Source: Macrostomum lignano
Lineage: Eukaryota
Reading direction: 5' to 3'
Assembly (NCBI GenBank): GCA_002269645.1
Contig: NIVC01004507.1
Coordinates: forward strand, 1 to 43,680
DNA: 43,680 nt
A model generated the notes under the pieces. It was not told the origin of the DNA. It ran no database searches and saw only the letters and a program-made list of their open reading frames with translations. A program made the position numbers and the translations under genes. The first letter of the stretch is position 1; every line of letters begins with the position of its first letter. Shown here in pieces: positions 34,935 to 43,680 of this stretch.

Positions 34935-36954
34935 TTCCGCATTGTGAATTCTGTGCGGCTACCTTCAGTAGTATGTTCTGCAAATGTTGCGTTTTACTTT
35001 TAAGTCAATTTACATTGATTGAAAAAATCTCGCCATTAAAATAATGTAACCTTACTGTAAAGCGTTGTCTTGCACACGTGCCTTAACTAGCTGAGAATTG
35101 TATTGCTATTCAATTCTGTTGAGAGCCTACCTACTACTAGTCTATATATTACTACTGTTGTTGTCATGCCAGCTGTTAATATTGTTCTGTTGATCTATTG
35201 TTGACTCTCATTTTGTGTTCTCAATTCTTTCCTCCCTGTGGTCGGTGCTCGCTTATGTATTAATAATAAATAGAAGTTGTATTATTCATCTTATTTAATT
35301 AATGCATGCCAATTAAAAGCAGAAAAAATGTAAATTTATATCTACTATTAGTAGAGTAGTATGGGGAAATGTTGATTTTTTATTTATATAAAAGAAAAAT
35401 TCTGAATGCTGTGTTTAGTTTAGTTACAGGAGTATGTGTTCTATCATTGAATTTCTATAAATAGCGAAGTTAGTGTCCATTACTCATTGACAAGTCAAAA
35501 ACAGATCTTAGAAAAAAACTACGGACCACGGTAGATATGTCACTGGCAAAAAAAGTTTTAAAATATTGTGAAAAACGCAGAACGTCAACTTATTTTCAGT
35601 AGTTAATTAATTAAATTGATTTCCTTCCTCAAGAGCATTGAACAAAAACTTTTAACTCAATGGGGGTGGGCAGGCCAGCTCAGCCAATGAGAGAGCAGTA
35701 AGGAGAGAGGTCAAAGTCAGTCGGACGAAACTTTGCCTGGGGGGCAAGGCCAAATCTAGCTCAGCCAATAAGAGAGCAGTAAGGAGGCTCTTCATATTGC
35801 TTGTTCTGGTTCTAGAACCAGAACCAATTTGTAAAGTATAACTTTTTGTCTCCTAAACTAGAGGGATTTTAGTGCTTTAAAATTGTGATTATTGGATGGC
35901 AATAGCCAAGAAGAAAGTGAAAAATTGTGCAGAGTGAGGCTGTTAAGGCAGTCAAACATTCAACAAAGTTAAAAAGTTATACTGCTTTTTTTCTTGGAAA
36001 TCCGAACCGATTCTGGTTCTGGAATCGATTGCCGTGAAGAGCCTCAAGGAGAGAAGTCAAAATCAAGACACAAGCGGGGAGAGAGGAAAGGAAAGCCAAA
36101 CTGTTCATCGACCTGGCTGGTGGCTGTGGCGCCACCCCTATCTCTTGCTCGCTATGCTCACGCACAGTTGGGTGCAGCTTCAAACAGGGTGAAGATGCTA
36201 GAAGATGCTCTGCTTGAAGAAAGCCAGAGGCAATTGTTGCAGCTTTAAAACTTTAATATATCTGTAAATAATCTTATTTAATTTTACTAAATATTTCTAT
36301 TAAGGCAAAAAGGCTGATTTTGCTACTGAAAAAGAGTAGACGAGTGCAGTTTTGCAAGTGACATACAGTTATTCCAATGTGTGGCTAAACCATTAGATAA
36401 GAGAATGACTGCTTCACCAGTCAGCTTTGTGACAGTAACATAATAGTTGCTATGGCGGCCATATAAAATACTAGAATTATTAAGAGCTGAAAGTTCCTTC
36501 AAACACTGTGGAAGCCTGGAGTGGTGTAACCGTCATCCTAAAATATCTGTTGAGAGTTTATACGCTAATAAAGCCAGAGCATACCTGTACATGTTGAACG
36601 ATATTGCACACAGATTACAGGCGAAGTCAACTTTGATTGTATAATAAAAATTAGAATCTATTAAAATATATGCCAGTAGATATGAATATCTATGTAAAAA
36701 CAGTCTGACTGTACATCTAGATTGACGGGGAAAGCAAATACTTGAAGCAGAAATGTGCAGAAGAAATCGATATCTTTCTAAGAAAGAATCGACTTGTCGG
36801 ACACGTTGATAAAAATCATCAAAACTTTACAAAACAGAATAGAAAAGAGATCGGGATGAAGCATAAGTGCGGGAATATGTAGGCTGCTTCGTTTTAAAAA
36901 TGATTATAAGCATGAAAATCTTAGAAAATTAGGTATAAACTGCACGGAATTACA

Positions 36955-37170
36955 CGATTTAGGGGCGATTCTTGAAGTGCGATTTAGGGGCGATTCTTGA
37001 AGGCGATTTAAGGGAGATTTTTGAAGGCGATTCAGGGGCGATTCTAGAAGGCAGTTTAGGGGCGATTCTTCAAGGCGATTTAAGGGAGATTTTTGAAGGC
37101 GATTTGGGGGCGATTCTTCAAGACGATTCAGGGGCGATTTAGGGTCCACGTGGGGGATTCTTGAAGGCGA
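36955..37170. repeat. Short GGGGCGATTCTTGAAGGCGATTTA-type minisatellite
   Basis: Tandem degenerate units just downstream of the EHBP1 stop codon. Confidence 0.85.
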
Positions 37171-37269
37171 TAGCTTCAAATTGATCAGCATGGCTTAGAA
37201 TGAGTGAAAAAGCAACGAAATCAACAAATTAAAGCGATGCCGGATAGAAACTCCAGGCTAAAAGACTGA

Positions 37270-40200
37270 TTATTGAACGGAGCAAGTCCGGCCGCTACCG
37301 GCCCCGCTGCCCCTGTTCAGCCGCTCCATGGCCTTCCGCTCGATGTCCAAGTCTTTGACAATCTCCCTCTCGTGCAGGTCCATCTCGCGGACCACTTCGT
37401 CCCGCTTGCGCACAATGTCCATCAGGTCGCGCAGCAGCAGGTCCTCTCGGCGCCGCTCCTCGTCGGTTTTCTGCCAATCCTCTACGCTCATGACGCCGCG
37501 GAGCTCCAGTTCGAGCATCCGGTAGCGCTTCTCGAGGTCCTGCTCCTGATCCAGCATGTCCAGCTGGCGGGCCCGCCTGATCAGCGCATTCTTCTTGTTC
37601 ACCTGGGATTACGTTTGTGAGGATTTGTGAGTTTAATAGGACAAAAATCTCGAATTTGTCATTTAATCTCTGTAATTAGCTTTGAATTTCAAAATCTCAC
37701 TCCTATGTAGCTTCAAATTTCAAAATCTCATCCTCTATGTAGCTTTGAATTTAAAAATCTCACTCCTGTGTAGCTTTGAATTTTAAAATCTCACTCCTAT
37801 ATAGCTTTGAATTTAAAAATCTCACTCCTGTGTAGCTTTGAATTTTAAAATCTCACTCCTATATAGCTTTGAATTTCAAAATCTCACTCCTGTGTAGCTT
37901 TGAATTTTAAAATCTCACTCCTATATAGCTTTGAATTTTAAAATCTCACTCCTATATAGCTTTGAATTTAAAAATCTCACTCCTATATAGCTTTGAATTT
38001 AAAAATCTCACTCCTGTGTAGCTTTGATTTTTAAAATCTCACTCCTATATAGCTTTGAATTTAAAAATCTCACTCCTGTGTAGCTTTGAATTTTAAAATC
38101 TCACTCCTATATAGCTTTGAATTTCAAAATCTCACTCCTATGTAGCTTTGAATTTCAAAATCTTATCCTCTATGTAGCTTTGAATTTCAAAATCTCACTC
38201 CTGTGTAGCTTTGAATTTCAAAGTCTCACCCCTATTTAGGTTTGAATTTCAAAATCTCACCCTATGTAGCTTTGAATTTCAAAATCTCACTCCTGTGTAG
38301 CTTTGAATTTCAAAATATCACTCCTATGTAGCTTTAAATTTCAAAATCTCATCCTCTATGTAGCTTTGAATTTCAAAATCTCACTCCTGTGTAGCTTTGA
38401 ATTTCAAAGTCTCACCCCTATTTAGGTTTGAATTTCAAAATCTCACCCTATGTAGCTATCTCATCATATCTCACCGTAATCTCACCATATTGGCACACAA
38501 TAATATACAGCATCAACCAACCAATTGAAACCACTGGGTCAGCAGGGGCTGCTCCTCGTCCTTGGAGCCGCTGGAGCCGCACAGCACGCCGCGCAGCCGT
38601 TTCTCCAGCACCTCCGCCTGACTGTCGATGTCGCTCTGTTCCGCTTCCAAAGCCAGCCTCTCAGAAGCAACGTAGGCGGAAGTGTCCAGCACCCGGTTGA
38701 AATTCGACAGCACCGTTGACGACGGCCTGGCCGCGTCCTCATCATTGTCCTCGTCCTCAGCATCCTCCACGGTTTTCTCCTCATCGCCGCTGAAACCTCT
38801 TTTCCTCTCTTCGTCGGCCTTCTTCAGCGAAGCAGCGCCGCTCTTGGCTGCCGATTTGGCGTCGGATTTCAGCTGGAAGTTGGCGCCGCTCTGCCTTACG
38901 GTCGACCCGGCCGACACCTGATCCCGGACGGTGCCGTCAGTGTTGTAGCTGCTCAGCAGGCGGATCTCCTTGGCGGCCCGCGTAGCCAAATCGCGGTCGC
39001 GTTCCCGGCGCAGCTCTTTGAAACCGCGGCCGGCGCTCGAACTTGTTGGCAAGGCGGCGGGGGTGGCTGTCGACAAACCGGCGGAGTCGGTTTTCGATTT
39101 CGGCATCTGCTGCTGCTGTTGCTGCTTGACCACCTGTCCTGAGGCCTGGTCGACTTGTTTAGCAGTAGTCTGCAGCTTCTTAGCTTCATCAGTATGGTCC
39201 GTATTATCACCATTGCCATCGCTGTGATCAGCATCCTTGTCCTCATCCGGCTGGGCCAGGGTGTAGCTGCTCTCCGACGAGGCCAGACGGGACACCAGGC
39301 GAATCTCCTGATTAGTGAAATGCGCCCGCAGCTGGTGCAGGAAAGTCATCACCAGCAGCTGGTCCGGGATGGTCTTCATCACCATGTCGGCCGGGTCCAT
39401 CACCCTGCAGAGGTTGGGGGCAAAGGTGCAAGCATATCTGGTGGACAGGGGATTCCCGCTTAGGGGGAATCTCATCCTTAATGAACAGGTGATCCCCAGC
39501 AATGGGGAATCCCTGCAGGGTGGGTAATCCCTGGTTACTGGGATCGCTGGTCTCTATAATAGACAAGCGATTCCCAATCAGGGAGAATCCCATCTCTACA
39601 ATAGACGGGTGATCCCCAATCAAGGAGAATCCCATTTCTATAACGGACAGGTGATTCCCAATCAGGGAGTATCCCATCTCTATAACAGACAGGTGATTCC
39701 AAATCAAGGAGAATCCAATCTCTATAACAGACAGGTGATCCCCAATCAAGGAGAATCCCATTTCTATAACGGACAGGTGATTCCCAATCAGGGAGTATCC
39801 CATCTCTATAACAGACAGGTGATTCCAAATCAAGGAGAATCCCATCTCTATAATAGACGGGCGATCCCCAATCGGGGAGAATCCCATTTTTATAAAAGAC
39901 AGGTAATTCCAATCAGGGAGAATCCCATCTCTATAACAGACAGGTGATCCTAATCAGGGAGAATCTCATCTCTATTAAAAATAGACAGCTTACCTCGGCA
40001 CGCCCAGCTGGTGAGCAGCCTCAAAGGCCCGCCTATTATTCTCGCGCAAGTCGTGCGCTTTCAGCCCGGCGAATTCCAGCAGGTCGGGCCGGTGGTGATG
40101 AATGATGGCGCAGAAGGCCAGGCCGTTACGAAACGATGTCGTGAGATTGTTGACGAATACGCCTCTGTTTCTGTAGCCGGCTGTGACGGACTGGGCCCAG

Positions 40201-42075
40201 GCGAGCAAATCCTGAGATAGTACATAAGGCGATGGTTACTATGTCCACAGATATTGAAGAGTGAAAGGGGAGTGCTTAGACGAGTAGTGACAGGCGCTAG
40301 TGGAGCGAGAGGGCTTGATTGGGAGATGCTCGGAAAGGGATTGGGTCGCTAGGAGTGCTCAGAAGAATAGTTAGAAGAGTGCTTAGATAAGTGCATAAAA
40401 TCTAGATAGAAAAGTGACAAGACAAACAGATGTCACCTGACTGGCCGCCGAGCCGACCACCTCCGTGGGGGCGGCATGTCCGCCTGTTGTTGCTGCAAAC
40501 GGCAAGCTCGGAGAGGCCGGCGACGCGACGAAGGCTGCTTCAGCGGCCGCAGCGACGCCAGAAATCTTGCCCGCGTCGCCGTCGTTAGTCGGCGTGCCGG
40601 TCGGCGATTCGTCGTCAGCAGCAGCAGTGGCAGCCGCGCCGCCGGTTGCCTCGGTGTCGGCGTCGAGGCCGCGAAGGCGCTCGACAAGCCGGTTGAAGCT
40701 GGCGTCGTTGTCGCTGGGTGACGGGACGTCAACTTCGTCGTCAAAGTCGCGCAGGTTGGCGATCTCAGAGCTGCCGCCCGCGCCGGCGCCCGTCGCCGCT
40801 GCGGCGCCGCCTCGTCCAGCGCCGCCGGAGTCTCGCCGGCTGTCATTCAGAGACATCAGAGAGGCGATGGACACCATGTCCTCGTCTTGGGCGTCTCTCT
40901 CTTTGTCGAGCAGCACGGAGTGCAGGGTCAGGGACAGCGTCACTGACGTCACCTGGCAGGTGCATGGGGAAAGCGATGGGCGTGACCAACACTGATAGCT
41001 GTGTATAAAAATTCACTGAGGATCTGGGAGGCTGGCCCAACAACTGAGGATCTGGGAGGCTGGCCCAACAACTGAGGATCTGGCAGGCTGGCCCGGCAAC
41101 TGAGGATCTGGGAGGCTGGCCCAGAAACTGAGGATCTGGGAGGCTGGCCCAACAACTGAGGATCTGGGAGGCTGGCTTAACAACTGAGGATCTGGGAGGC
41201 TGGCCCAGCAACTGAGGATCTGGGAGGCTGGCCCAACAACTGAGGATCTGGGAGGCTGGCCCAACAACTGAGGATCTGGGAGGCTGGCCCAACAACTGAG
41301 GATCTGGGAGGCTGGCCCAACAACTGAGGATCTGGGAGGCTGGCCCAACAACTGAGAATCTGGGAGGCTGGCCCAACAACTGAGGATCTGGGAGGCTGGC
41401 CCAGCAACTGAGGATCTGGGAGGCTGGCCCAACAACTGAGGATCTGGGAGGCTGGCCCAACAACTGAGGATCTGGGAGGCTGGCCCAGAAACTGAGGATC
41501 TGGGAGGCTGGCCCAGAAACTGAGGATCTGGGAGGCGGAGGCTGGCCCAGAAACTGAGGATCTGGGAGGCTGGCCCAGAAACTGAGGATCTGGGAGGATT
41601 TGAAATGAAAAGTCGAAAGGCTAGGAGAGGAGGGCCTCACCTTCTTGCTCCCGGGCTTCAGTTTCACTGTCAGAGGAGTCTGCTTGGCCTCGCCGTTGCT
41701 AACGCACAGCTTCTGCAGATCCACCGGACGCGAAGCGATGGCCTTCCGTCTGCCGTTGGCCATCTGGTCCTCCACCACAAAAGTCCACTCCTTGCTCTCG
41801 TATTCGGCTCGCTTAGGATCGCGATACAGAATAGAAGTGATCTCCACGTTCTCTGGCGGCTCCCAGGACACGCAGCACTGGCGCGGGTTGGCCAGGCTGG
41901 CGGTCCACACGGCCGGGTCCGTGGAGTAGCGCCGGTTCCGCCGGGTCCAGACCACCACCAGGCGGTGCGGCTGGTAGGCGCGGCCGCACTCCACGGTCAG
42001 GCCGTGATAGCAGGCCGTCAGCTGGAATTTCGCGGCCTTCTTGCCGACCCGCTGGAGCCGCTTCCAGACGCTCAT
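37270..42075 (-). CDS. EHBP1: EH domain-binding protein 1 (NT-C2 + CH + bMERB, C-terminal CAAX), ~794 aa, 5 exons
   Basis: Exons 42075-41641, 40952-40437, 40211-39994, 39404-38522 and 37602-37270, all GT-AG and phase-compatible. MSVWKRLQRVGKKAAKFQ NT-C2 domain, CH domain (TTSFRNGLAFCAIIHHHRPDL), bMERB (LTQWFQLVNKKNALIRR), terminal CSVQ. Confidence 0.93.
37680..38455. repeat. 31-bp intronic minisatellite (TAGCTTTGAATTTCAAAATCTCACTCCTATG)
   Basis: Tandem array in EHBP1 intron 4. Confidence 0.95.
39470..39975. repeat. 42-bp intronic minisatellite (GACAGGTGATTCCCAATCAGGGAGAATCCCATCTCTATAACA)
   Basis: Tandem array in EHBP1 intron 3. Confidence 0.93.
41014..41598. repeat. 28-bp intronic minisatellite (AACTGAGGATCTGGGAGGCTGGCCCAAC)
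   Basis: Tandem array in EHBP1 intron 1. Confidence 0.96.
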
Positions 42076-42119
42076 TGTTAGGCCTGCGGGATGGACAGAT
42101 GGACAAGAGCATTGCAGGG

Positions 42120-43225
42120 ACAGGGAGATCTTGGCACCCTACAGAATGTACAGGGAGAACACGGCACCCTACAAGAGGGGCAGGGAGATCACGGCAGCCT
42201 ACAAGATGGGCAGGGAGATCACGGCAGCCTACAAGATGGGCAGGGAGATCACGGCAGCCTACAGGAGGGACAGGAAGATCACGGCAGCCTACAGGAGGGA
42301 CGGGGAGAACACGGCAGCCTACAGGATAGACGGGGAGAACACAGCGGCCCACAGGGAGATCACGGCAGCCTACAGGATAGACGGGGAGAACACGGCAGCC
42401 TACAGGATAGACGGGGAGAACACGGCAGCCTACAGGATAGACGGGGAGAACACGGCAGCCTACAGGATAGACAGGGAGAACACGGCAGCCTACAGGATAG
42501 ACAAAGAGAACACGGCAGCCTACAGGATAGACAGGGAGAACGCAGCAGCCCACAGGGAGAACACGGCAGCCTACAGGATAGACGGGGAGAACACGGCAGC
42601 CTACAGGATAGACAGGGAGAACACGGCAGCCTACAGGATAGACAGGGAGAACGCAGCAGCCCACAGGGAGAACACGGCAGCCTACAGGATAGACAAAGAG
42701 AACACGGCAGCCTACAGGATAGACAAAGAGAACACGGCAGCCTACAGGATAGACGGGGAGAACACGGCAGCCTACAGGATAGACAGGGAGAACGCAGCAG
42801 CCCACAGGGAGAACACGGCAGCCTACAGGATAGACGGGGAGAACACGGCAGCCTACAGGATAGACAAAGAGAACACGGCAGCCTACAGGATAGACAAAGA
42901 GAACACGGCAGCCTACAGGATAGACGGGGAGAACGCAGCAGCCCACAAAGAGAACACGGCAGCCTACAGGATAGACGGGAGAACGCAGCAGCCCACAAAG
43001 AGAACACGGCAGCCTACAGGATAGACGGGGAGAACGCAGCAGCCCACAAAGAGAACACGGCAGCCTACAGGATAGACGGGGAGAACTCAGCAGCCCACAA
43101 AGAGAACACGGCAGCCTACAGGATAGACGGGGAGAACTCAGCAGCCCACAAAGAGAACACGGCAGCCTACAGGATAGACAGGGAGAACACGGCAGCCCAC
43201 AGGGATAACACGGCAGCCTACAGGC
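42120..43225. repeat. 30-bp minisatellite with interspersed 21-bp variant units (GAGAACACGGCAGCCTACAGGATAGACGGG)
   Basis: Tandem array immediately upstream of the EHBP1 start codon. The long ORFs here are repeat artefacts. Confidence 0.95.
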
Positions 43226-43680
43226 GCAATATAGCTATACCATAGCTTTACCAATTAATACACAATACAGTTGTGAAGTAAGTCTAACACAAACAAGAAG
43301 TCGCGTGAAACCGGCATTTTTATTCTGCAGCATTCGCCCACAGGTTTATTTATTGTAGAGCAATAATTACTACCGAGCTGGCTGAAACAATTTGAAGAAA
43401 TCGAGTGACAAATGAGAGTGACTGCGAGGGCTTGAGAGAGACAGCTGGCTAACACTGCGGGGAGCTAGAATTTCAGTCTTAAAGATAGGACTACGCTATA
43501 CTGGCAAACAATAAAGCTTATTTATATTACTATTATAATAAACAATAGTGCATGCAATTTCTTTTAGGAACACAAACTAATGCGTGTATATAGTAGTAGT
43601 AGTAGTATAATGACTAAATTTAATATCAAATAATGCCGGTAGACACAACCAGAAACATTTTGTCAGATTTTAGACACACA

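Noticed and set aside
35675-35790. Duplicated AGCTCAGCCAAT(G/A)AGAGAGCAGTAAGGA with CCAAT boxes
   Set aside because: Lies between two gene 3' ends with no downstream gene to promote; likely a local duplication.
41813-43245. 327-384-aa low-complexity ORFs on both strands
   Set aside because: Products of the 30/21-bp minisatellite upstream of EHBP1.

Overview
Eukaryotic (animal) genomic DNA with spliced genes and minisatellite-filled introns; the style suggests a flatworm such as Macrostomum, which is inference only. Left half (about 1-21 kb): a 2.6 kb satellite; a family of secreted PAN/apple + F-type lectin genes (one intact, one recently damaged, two decayed relics); a dense nest of mobile-element remnants (Gypsy integrase, Polinton-like integrase, a Tc1/IS630-type element with 159-bp TIRs, a foldback element, and a Crypton-derived TIR element), with the Tc1-like, foldback and Crypton-derived elements sharing a CCATAGAC motif; and a 3-exon minus-strand gene joining about 8 ankyrin repeats to a Mab-21/cGAS-like nucleotidyltransferase whose catalytic acidic residues are intact. 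Right half: two convergent trafficking genes, an 11-exon GRIP-domain golgin (GOLGA4-like, + strand) and a 5-exon EHBP1 (- strand), with almost every long intron carrying its own minisatellite. The best candidates for something new are the ankyrin-cGLR receptor within a lectin-rich, immune-like cluster, the binding-loop-focused divergence of the lectin paralogs, and the CCATAGAC element family.
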